IMG/VR virus record: IMGVR_UViG_3300010938_000023
From: an uncultured virus (IMG/VR IMGVR_UViG_3300010938_000023)
Taxonomy: Duplodnaviria > Heunggongvirae > Uroviricota > Caudoviricetes
DNA length: 20,000 nucleotides
Direction: 5' to 3' (one strand)
Of the stretch, positions 1 to 7,931 are shown one piece after another. The notes below the pieces were generated by a model, which was given only the letters and a program-made list of their open reading frames with translations, ran no database searches and was not told the origin of the DNA. The position numbers and the translations under genes were made by a program. The stretch's first letter is position 1, and every line of letters begins with the position of its first letter.

Positions 1-1
1 G

Positions 2-103
2 CTGAAGAAGCCGAAGCCGGCGGGCCGCAGCACTCGCAAGCGGTCGGCCAGCCCGGCCGATGACCCGTTACTGGCCCAGCTACTGACCGGGCCGAAGCCC
101 TAG
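2..103 (+). CDS. 3' end of an upstream gene (partial): ...LKKPKPAGRSTRKRSASPADDPLLAQLLTGPKP*
   Basis: Frame is open from the window edge to TAG at 101-103, 29 nt before the next ATG and on the same strand as the cluster. Confidence 0.5.
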   Translation: MKKPKPAGRSTRKRSASPADDPLLAQLLTGPKP

Positions 104-132
104 CCGGTCCGTAGCGGGCTGAAAGGCGAGCA

Positions 133-2301
133 ATGCCTGAAGAGGAAGCCCAGAAACAGTGGCTGGCCGGGGTGGGGTCCGGCACGGACCTGAGGCCACA
201 GCTGCGGCTCAGCCCGGTCCCGTCCGATCCGTACGGGCCGCGGCTGGCCCAGCTGGAGCTACATGCAGGCCATTACTATCTCGGGCCCGGCCAACGGGCC
301 CAGGCCCAGTTGGGGCCCGGCGAGGGTGAATGGGGCCCACCTAGCTGCTACCTGTTCAGTCGGCCCGCATTGGTCAGCTTGGACAGCTACGTATCAAGTG
401 GGCCGACCAGCCCGCTGACCGTGCAACTGGTCACATTGACCAGCCAGCCGATCGGGCTCGGCCCGGTCCTGATCGAAGGGGTCCGGTACGAATCGGGCCA
501 GCCGGTCCGGGTGCCCTGGCTACAGCTGGCGCAGCTGGCCCAAACGGTCAGTGGCCAGGTCCGGGCCGAAGGGGAACGGGTAGTCCTGTACCTGCCCTAT
601 AGCGGCCCGATCCTGCCCAGTGTCTCCACGGTGTATGGGGTCCAGGTCCAGACGCTTGCAACAGGCCCCTGGGTGAGCTTAGGGACCGATCTGACCTGTG
701 ACCATAACCGTTTAACGTTCGGCCCAGCGGATGCCGCCAAGTATAGCGGGCTGACCGTTACGGTCCGATACCATATCGATCAGAGCTATGCCGTTCAGTG
801 CACGGAAGATGCCCTTGCGACCGTGCAGATGACGGTCCAGCTGCTATGGACCCAGCCCCATTCCAGCCTATGGCTGGCCATGGACGCAGACGATCCGGAG
901 CAGCTGTGGCAGTATGGTCGTGGCTTGATCAGCAATACCGGGTTTGAATCGAACCTAAACGGGTGGCAACTGGTCAGTAGCGGTGGAAGCACCGTCCAAC
1001 GGACCACAACGGGCGCGTGGGAGGGGACGGCATGTGCCCAAGTGACGGGTACGACCCAACCGGGTGATGGGCTCTATACGGTCTGTAGTGTGAGTACGGG
1101 CCAGCCCTATACGCTTTCGGCCTGGCTCTGGAGCAGTCAATCGACCGGGCTGGTTGCCGTCGAGTATGGCCGGTACCGGGCCGTATGGTCGCCGAGCCAC
1201 CAGCCGGACCGGGGTCCGGGCCGCTGGCAGCGGATCGAGCTCGCGTTCCTAGCGGACAGCAGTGTCGCGACCATTGGGTTTCGGGCCCACCGGGCCTACA
1301 GCCAGTTCCGGGTCGATAAGGTCACGGTCGGCCCGGGCCTGAGATCGGGTCCGGACCGAGCCTACCTACCGCTCGGGCTGGATATGGACCCGAGCCGGAC
1401 CGTGCTACCGGACCGGGCCGTGCTGTGCCTGGCCGAGGCCGCAGACCAGGCCAGCCTGGAGGTACAACGGATCGATCTGCAGCTGCATCCCGCGATCCCC
1501 GTCCGAGTCGTGGGTGCGAGTGAGATGGTCGGGCCCCATACGCCCGATGTGCAGGTGCTCCTGAAGCTCTGGGACCTGCATGGCAACCCGGTCTCAGGCT
1601 ATACCCAAGCGACCGTGACCTGGAACGGGTCCGGGCTGGACCCGGTCCGGACCGGGCCCGGCACGGTCCATGCCAGTAATGCCCGAGGCGAGCTCCGGTA
1701 CCGGTACGTGCCGAGCACGTCCGGGCTGGCAACGCTGATCGCGACGGCCGGGTCGGTCACACGGACCAGCTCAGTCTGGTGCCAGCCGCTGGTCGCGACC
1801 AGCGCGTTAGGCTGGTCCAACGTGGCGGGCCGTTGGGCGCATCGGGGCTGGAAGCTATTCCTGAGTCTGGACCCGGTCTGGCTGCCCTCGGGCCGGACCG
1901 GAACGGGCAGCAGCCTGTATCTGGTCCAGGCCCGTGTGACGGATATGGCGGGCTATCCGCTCACGGTCTGTACCCAGGCCAGTGCCGCGAGCTACGAGCC
2001 GATCCGGCCCTGGGTCACCTTCGAGCTCTATGGGTGCCAGCTCCGGGGCTGTACCCGGGGGCTAGGCCCGACGACGGGCCCCGCACCCGGTCGGCCCGGG
2101 AGCTATCTGCGGGCCGAAAGCTGGCTGGGCCCGTTCAGTGGCTGCCTGCTCACGGCCGGGCTCGCAACCTGCCTGATCGAGCTGGCCGATCTGGACCAGG
2201 CTTGGGTCCGAGCCTATATTGAGGGCCAGATCGCCAGCCCGGTCACACTCTATTGGTATTCCGATTGGCTGCATCTGGCGGGTGCTCAGGCGGGCCGGTA
2301 A
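133..2301 (+). CDS. Putative virion structural protein (722 aa) with a CBM4/9 (CenC)-like carbohydrate-binding domain and Big_1/Ig-like domain(s)
   Basis: LISNTGFESNLNGW...GQPYTLSAWL...WQRIELAF...FRVDKVTV (~925-1340) fits the CBM_4_9 pattern. LKLWDLHGNPVSG...SNARGELRY...SGLATLIATAG (~1555-1780) and QARVTDMAGYPL fit Big_1-type Ig domains. AAAGG upstream of ATG. Confidence 0.7.
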   Translation: MPEEEAQKQWLAGVGSGTDLRPQLRLSPVPSDPYGPRLAQLELHAGHYYLGPGQRAQAQLGPGEGEWGPPSCYLFSRPALVSLDSYVSSGPTSPLTVQLVTLTSQPIGLGPVLIEGVRYESGQPVRVPWLQLAQLAQTVSGQVRAEGERVVLYLPYSGPILPSVSTVYGVQVQTLATGPWVSLGTDLTCDHNRLTFGPADAAKYSGLTVTVRYHIDQSYAVQCTEDALATVQMTVQLLWTQPHSSLWLAMDADDPEQLWQYGRGLISNTGFESNLNGWQLVSSGGSTVQRTTTGAWEGTACAQVTGTTQPGDGLYTVCSVSTGQPYTLSAWLWSSQSTGLVAVEYGRYRAVWSPSHQPDRGPGRWQRIELAFLADSSVATIGFRAHRAYSQFRVDKVTVGPGLRSGPDRAYLPLGLDMDPSRTVLPDRAVLCLAEAADQASLEVQRIDLQLHPAIPVRVVGASEMVGPHTPDVQVLLKLWDLHGNPVSGYTQATVTWNGSGLDPVRTGPGTVHASNARGELRYRYVPSTSGLATLIATAGSVTRTSSVWCQPLVATSALGWSNVAGRWAHRGWKLFLSLDPVWLPSGRTGTGSSLYLVQARVTDMAGYPLTVCTQASAASYEPIRPWVTFELYGCQLRGCTRGLGPTTGPAPGRPGSYLRAESWLGPFSGCLLTAGLATCLIELADLDQAWVRAYIEGQIASPVTLYWYSDWLHLAGAQAGR

Positions 2302-2414
2302 GTGGGGGCCGGGTGCCGAGGTGGGGGCCAGGCCCCGCTGGTGGTTCACCCGGAAACGGGGCCCCGGACCGTTTTGTAGCGTAGGGCGGGTGTAGGGTAT
2401 AAAGCAGCACGACC

Positions 2415-3746
2415 ATGCGGATACAGTTAGGCTATAACCCTTGGTTTCAGCCGGGTCCGGGCCAGCACACGCTCTGCTGGTCAGAGCAGGTCCGGCCAGA
2501 CCAGGTCCCATTAGCGTTGGTCCAGATGCCGCCGTTACGGCCCCTGGAGCTGATCGAGCTTCAGCCGATCCGGTCGGAGTTCGGGCTGCAGGGCCTGTAC
2601 GAAAGTGCGACCGATCAGTGGTTCTTAGAGGTTCAGGACGGTTGGCACTGTGAGGTGGCCCAGACCGGTTATCAGCCAGACGATCCGCTATGGCTCCAGG
2701 GCCTATCGGCCGGTGACCTGTTATTCTATACGTTAGGCCCGGAATCGGCGGGCCAGGGCTGGTACCATCTGGTGCCCACAACGGTAGAGGGTCAACTGGT
2801 CGCAGTGCCCGGTACGGGCCAACGGTGGGTACTGGAATGGCGTGAACGGGCCCTGGTCCGTGACCCACACTGGCTCCAGGTGGACTATCCGATCCTGCAG
2901 TGGGGCGAGTACGAGCCGGTCGGGACGGTAACGGTCAGCCCCCGGGAGGTCGAGGTCCCGTTCGGGCTCAAGCCGATTGTGGAGGACGGGCAGGGCCAAC
3001 GGCTGACCCTGAGGCAGGTGGTCCAGGACCAGCTCGAGCTGGTCGAGCCGGTCGGCCCGGACCAGGTGGTCCTGGTCAGCTATGTGCGGCAGGGCCATAC
3101 TGTGATCTGGCCAGGCCACCCAAACGATGCGGACCCCGACACAGGCAATCGGCACTATCTCGCAGACCTCTGCCCATTGGCCGGGCATGTCATGGAACGG
3201 TGGGTCCCACAATCGAGCCACTACCGGCTCGAGGGCCGAAATTGGGTTGAACGGACCTGGTACCTCTTGTTGCGGCCCAGCAGCTACCATGATGTCAGTA
3301 CCAACCGGCGGGTCGCACCGGAGCCGAACTATGAGGGCGGGCTGGGCTACCATAGCCTCATGGTCCGACCGGAGACGATGCTATCCGGCCCCTTGGTCGG
3401 CGATACCTGGCCGAGCGAGCCCCATACATTGGTGCTGGCTCGGATCGTGGTCCGGACCGATGCGTGCCTCCATGCGGTCCGGCTCTGGGACGTACGGCGG
3501 CGTGGCGGTGGGCTGGATCCCGCGTGGCTCAAGGAACGTGACCTGGGCCAGATACCGGACCTGTACAGCTATTGGGACCTCGGCCCGCTCGATGGCCCGC
3601 CCTATCAGGGGCATGGCTACCTGGTGATCGAGCTGCCCACAACGCTCCTGCGGGAGGCAGGTGGCCCGTTCACGGACGAAGAGGTCCGGCAGCGGATCGC
3701 AGCCTGCCTCCCAGCGGGCGTGTTCTGGCAGGTCCAGTACCGTTAG
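2415..3746 (+). CDS. Hypothetical phage protein (443 aa), probably structural or baseplate-associated
   Basis: Long ORF. The C-terminal block DVRRRGGGL...YWDLGPLDGPPYQGHGYLVIELP...GGPFTDEEVRQRIAACLPAGV resembles, from memory, conserved C-termini in large-phage virion gene clusters. Not verified by search. Confidence 0.6.
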   Translation: MRIQLGYNPWFQPGPGQHTLCWSEQVRPDQVPLALVQMPPLRPLELIELQPIRSEFGLQGLYESATDQWFLEVQDGWHCEVAQTGYQPDDPLWLQGLSAGDLLFYTLGPESAGQGWYHLVPTTVEGQLVAVPGTGQRWVLEWRERALVRDPHWLQVDYPILQWGEYEPVGTVTVSPREVEVPFGLKPIVEDGQGQRLTLRQVVQDQLELVEPVGPDQVVLVSYVRQGHTVIWPGHPNDADPDTGNRHYLADLCPLAGHVMERWVPQSSHYRLEGRNWVERTWYLLLRPSSYHDVSTNRRVAPEPNYEGGLGYHSLMVRPETMLSGPLVGDTWPSEPHTLVLARIVVRTDACLHAVRLWDVRRRGGGLDPAWLKERDLGQIPDLYSYWDLGPLDGPPYQGHGYLVIELPTTLLREAGGPFTDEEVRQRIAACLPAGVFWQVQYR

Positions 3747-3797
3747 GTGAAACGGACCTGGGCGGTGTGGTTGAAGGGATGAGGCGCGGAATCGGCA

Positions 3798-6700
3798 ATG
3801 AAGCTAGTAGGTCCAATTGAGCTTGAAGACCGGCCGGGCAGCGGGCCGGCAGTGGAGCAGCTTCCAGTCCCGGGCCGGATCACGGGCCAGATGCAGCAAC
3901 GGTACGAACGGCAGCTGGAATCGGAGCTGCAGCGGCTGTACCGGAACACGATCCGGCTGGAGCAGACGTGCCGGCAGTACCAGAGTATCGCGCTGAGCGA
4001 GCTCGCATCGGTCCAGGACCAATTGGAACAGTTGGCCCGCCAGACGGACCAGGCCCGGTCACGAACACCCCAAGCGAGCCAGGGGTACCAGATGCGGTAC
4101 GGGCCGGACGAGTTCAGACGTGACACGGCCCGCACGTTAGCCTTAGAATCAGATGTACTGCTTTTAGTCAAGACGTTGGACCGCGAGTATGGTCCCCCTG
4201 CGCAAGCGACGGCCCGGGGCCTGGAGCCGGCAACCCTTACGGCCCGGTCCGTGGTGCGCAGCCCCGGTGGTCAGGCTCGGTGCGAGCTCAGGGTACGTGA
4301 CCGTTACCCCTTAGGGTCGGGCCTGGGCCCGTACCTGTTCGATATCTCGATGGCGTTAGATGACGATCCCAGCACCTATTTCATGGACGGGCTAGAGCTG
4401 CCGGCCGCGTTGGCGAGCCTGGCCAGCTTGGGGTCCGGCATCACGGACCCGGCCCGCAGTTGGGTTGCGTGGCTGCCACGTGAGTTAGGGCCCGAGGGGC
4501 AGGACCCGCAGCAAGCGGCCAGCTGGCTGATCAGTGTACGTTGGCAGTCCCGTCAGCAGTTCAATCGGGTCCGAGCCACGACCACCGCGTGCTCCGGACC
4601 CGCCTGGCTGGTTCGGGCCTATGCGTTGGTCGCGGAAGGCGCGATCACGAGCCTAGCGCGGACCGAGACCCAACTGACCCTAACGGACAATGCGTTGGAC
4701 CTGAGCCCCAGCCCGACCGGGCAGGACTATCTACTGGTGCTGTCCGGCAACCCGTTAGAGCCTGATCCGGTTGAGCAGATGGTGAGGCCGACCGTCGTCT
4801 CGGGCAGTACGATCCAGATCGAGCCGGGCCGATGGGGCGAGCCCTGGCCTGACCCCGTCTGGGTCGGCCAGCCGTATCGGCTGTACCGCCAACTGGAACT
4901 AGACGGCAGTACCGTGACATGGTGCGGGCCGAACCCGCAGAAGCCCCAGGGCCCGCTCGAAGCGGACCTGACCGATGGCGGCCGGACCGTACAGAGTTCC
5001 GAGCTGCTACTGGCCTGGAGCGTCTGGCACTACTGGTCGGACCGCTGGTCGGACCGGACCGGGCCCAGCTCAATCTGGTCCGAGCCGGTCCCGGGCGAAC
5101 GCGACCATCGGACCCAGCTCGAACGGGCCCAACCGTTCTGGCAGCCGGCCCGGACCAGCCTGCCCCCGGAACTGCTGGACTATCTGGAAAGCCAGCCCGG
5201 GCCCAGCCCGGACCTGGCCCTGGAGCTGGGCCCGACCGATCAGGTGCCCGAGCTGGCCGAGAGTGGCCTCCAACGGGTCTGGAACCAGGTGCTGGCCGCA
5301 CTGGCCCAGTCCGATACGGCCAGGTTCGATACGGGCATGAATACGGCCCGACAGGTCCGATACCAGTTCGGGCTATCCGAGCTCGAGCTCGAGCTCCGGA
5401 CCTGGTATCCCGTCAGCTACTGGCTCTCGGACCTGCCGGGCCCGATGGACCGGTCGATGCGCCGGCTCCAGGTCAGCCTGAGCAGTTTGGCCTGTAGCGG
5501 TGCGACCGTGCATCTGTGGCTGGTGCCTCGACCCGGCCTGAGCCCGGTCGAGTTGGAGTACGATCAGACCGATTACTGGATCGGGCCACCGGAAGCGGCC
5601 TATAGCGGGGGTGGCGCCAGTCCGACCGAACGGTGGCTGACCGTCCCGTTAATGGAACGGACCGAATGGTTCAACGGGACAGACCAGGACCGAAGCTATA
5701 GCTTCTATCTACAGTACCCGATCTATACGGGTCGGGACCTGCCCGCATGCCAGCTCAAAGGGGGCCCCTGGGGCCAGTTCTATAACCCTAACTGCCAGTC
5801 CTATAGCCTTACCGACCGGATCTATAGCCCAGCCAGCGATTTCGAGGCAACCTCAAGTACCACGGCGACCCTGATCGGGTCGATGTCGGAATGGATTACC
5901 CATGGCAGTGTCGTATTGGTGGATCAAGTAACGATCAATGGGAATACCTACTTGGCGAACCGCAACGTGGCCAGTATCGGGCGGGGGCCCTATAGCGTCT
6001 CGCTCTGTACGGTCTATGGCTGGTGTGCTCGGTTCATGCAGTCACTGGAAAATAGCCAATCGGCAATCACGTTACGGCCAGAATACGAGATATGGCCGGT
6101 AGTGACCTATTTCTCAACCATGGTAGCCACGGCAAACATCGGGGCGACCCAGTACCAGCCGATGTTTCGGGCAACGATCGCGCGGACCGAGGACGGCGAG
6201 GGCTATGTGGTGGAGTTCGGGCCGAACGGTACAGTTTCGATAGACCCACCCACGGGCTATTTTGAGGTACGGGCCTGGCAGCGGAAATGGCAGGATGGCA
6301 GTCTCCAACTGACAACGTTAGGGCTAGCCACGTTAGGCCCCGAGGAGTTGATGTGCAGCTGGGTAGATTGGGCCGTTACGTTATCAGGCCCGAATCCGGA
6401 CGAAGATCCGATCGGGCCTAATTGGCAGTTTGGTCTGTGGCGTAGCAGTAACGGCGTCACGGGCTGGGGTCCCAAGATTTCGACCTTGGCCAGCGTTATT
6501 TATGGGACTGGGCTGCAGTTTGAGGTGCTATTCCCAAGTTCACATTTATATCTGGACTATGTCGCCCAATGGGGCCGTTATCCGGGTTATCGGCCAGTGG
6601 AGGTGTCCGTCTATGGTCCGGACCTGACCTGGAGCCCAGAGAACTGGGGGATCAATTACCGGGAGGTAGGCCCACCGGAACAGGTGACGGATATCCTGAC

Positions 6701-7391
6701 CTGGAAACGGGACCGGTCGGGCCCGGAAGGTGGCTACTTCTCCGGGAAGTATCGGAACTGGCTACCGTTCCAAGGAACAGGCAGTGCAGGCATCATCCAG
6801 CTCCAGTTCCGGTACCAGCCGCAGCTAGCGGCCCTGAGCATGGTGACCCTCTATGACGGGCTGGGTGAGGGTGCAGGTGATGTCGTGATGGGGCCCGTCC
6901 TAAGCAATGAGGATTTCCAGGTGGACCTGGTATCGGGCCGGGTCTGGCTCACGGAATCGGGCCGGACGAAGCAGATGTTCGCACACGAGACCGGGGTGCT
7001 GCAGTACAATCAGATTCAGGCGACGTTCTGGGTCGAGGGCCGGGTCCGGAACTGGCAATCGAGCGGGCTAGCCAACCGGTTACCGGTCACGTATAATTGC
7101 AGTCTGCCCTGGTATGTGCCGGACGAGCTACGGGGTCCGATGATCGCGCCCCAGCTGGACCCCCTGGAGCCCGGCTATTATCCGGTCATGGAGTATCGGG
7201 CCGAGGGCCGCAAGGTCACGTTCGGGACGGACCTGACGCCCGCGGGCCCGATCGGGCCGGACCAGAAGGTCCGGGTCTCGTACCAGACCCTGGCCCTTCA
7301 GCCCCAGCTCCTGATCGGACTGGAGCTGCCACCGGGTGCAGCCCGTGCTCCGGTCGTACAGCAGGTGCAACTGGACTGGTGGGCGGAGTAG
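3798..7391 (+). CDS. Large putative virion protein (1197 aa) with N-terminal coiled coil and beta-rich body; paralog family member 1
   Basis: Long ORF. Heptad-like N-terminus (ELQRLYRNTIRLEQ...LEQLARQ), internal YQFGLSELEL motif and C-terminal APVVQQVQL, all shared in pattern with neighbours. Confidence 0.7.
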   Translation: MKLVGPIELEDRPGSGPAVEQLPVPGRITGQMQQRYERQLESELQRLYRNTIRLEQTCRQYQSIALSELASVQDQLEQLARQTDQARSRTPQASQGYQMRYGPDEFRRDTARTLALESDVLLLVKTLDREYGPPAQATARGLEPATLTARSVVRSPGGQARCELRVRDRYPLGSGLGPYLFDISMALDDDPSTYFMDGLELPAALASLASLGSGITDPARSWVAWLPRELGPEGQDPQQAASWLISVRWQSRQQFNRVRATTTACSGPAWLVRAYALVAEGAITSLARTETQLTLTDNALDLSPSPTGQDYLLVLSGNPLEPDPVEQMVRPTVVSGSTIQIEPGRWGEPWPDPVWVGQPYRLYRQLELDGSTVTWCGPNPQKPQGPLEADLTDGGRTVQSSELLLAWSVWHYWSDRWSDRTGPSSIWSEPVPGERDHRTQLERAQPFWQPARTSLPPELLDYLESQPGPSPDLALELGPTDQVPELAESGLQRVWNQVLAALAQSDTARFDTGMNTARQVRYQFGLSELELELRTWYPVSYWLSDLPGPMDRSMRRLQVSLSSLACSGATVHLWLVPRPGLSPVELEYDQTDYWIGPPEAAYSGGGASPTERWLTVPLMERTEWFNGTDQDRSYSFYLQYPIYTGRDLPACQLKGGPWGQFYNPNCQSYSLTDRIYSPASDFEATSSTTATLIGSMSEWITHGSVVLVDQVTINGNTYLANRNVASIGRGPYSVSLCTVYGWCARFMQSLENSQSAITLRPEYEIWPVVTYFSTMVATANIGATQYQPMFRATIARTEDGEGYVVEFGPNGTVSIDPPTGYFEVRAWQRKWQDGSLQLTTLGLATLGPEELMCSWVDWAVTLSGPNPDEDPIGPNWQFGLWRSSNGVTGWGPKISTLASVIYGTGLQFEVLFPSSHLYLDYVAQWGRYPGYRPVEVSVYGPDLTWSPENWGINYREVGPPEQVTDILTWKRDRSGPEGGYFSGKYRNWLPFQGTGSAGIIQLQFRYQPQLAALSMVTLYDGLGEGAGDVVMGPVLSNEDFQVDLVSGRVWLTESGRTKQMFAHETGVLQYNQIQATFWVEGRVRNWQSSGLANRLPVTYNCSLPWYVPDELRGPMIAPQLDPLEPGYYPVMEYRAEGRKVTFGTDLTPAGPIGPDQKVRVSYQTLALQPQLLIGLELPPGAARAPVVQQVQLDWWAE

Positions 7392-7426
7392 CGAGAAAAC
7401 AGATTCAATAGCAAGAAAGGACCCTC

Positions 7427-7873
7427 ATGTCAGTACTGAAATCGAACCTAGACGGGCCAGACACGGACGAGCCACGGAACGGGTCTGGCCGAGATTCGGG
7501 CCGGCCCGTGGTGGACCCCTGGTCGGTCATCCCACCGGTCCGAGTAGAGCTCACGTTCCATTGCGCGATCTTTGAGCAGTTGGGGCTACCCACGGAGCAT
7601 CTACTTTATCATGAGGCGGGCCTGCTGGTCCAGCAGCTGCTCTACCAACTGTTCCAGGGTGGCTGTCGGGCCCGGATCCTGGCACCGAACTCGGTCGGGC
7701 CGGACCTGGGCTCGGGCCCAGACCCGACTGGGGCCGGACCGGATCCCATGCCCGCGCCGGCCCGAACCCTTACGGACGCAGAACGGGCCGAGGCGGAGCA
7801 GCTGCTGCAGGCAGCCCATCTGAGGCCGGGCCTGGAACGGAGGATCCGGGCTCGACTGGGCCTGGAGAGCTGA
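7427..7873 (+). CDS. Hypothetical protein (148 aa)
   Basis: AAAGGA RBS 5 nt before ATG. Fills the gap between two large + strand genes. Helical C-terminus LTDAERAEAEQLL. Confidence 0.65.
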   Translation: MSVLKSNLDGPDTDEPRNGSGRDSGRPVVDPWSVIPPVRVELTFHCAIFEQLGLPTEHLLYHEAGLLVQQLLYQLFQGGCRARILAPNSVGPDLGSGPDPTGAGPDPMPAPARTLTDAERAEAEQLLQAAHLRPGLERRIRARLGLES

Positions 7874-7931
7874 GCCAGGCCCAGCCCACGCCACCGCGGT
7901 TCAGGAAGTTGAGAACCGGAAAGAAGGAACG

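Noticed and set aside
2331..2403. Hairpin GGCCCCG...CGGGGCC (2331-2363) and a weak TTGTAG-N18-TATAAA promoter
   Set aside because: GC palindromic arms are common by chance in this genome, there is no adjacent U-tract, and the -35 match is poor.
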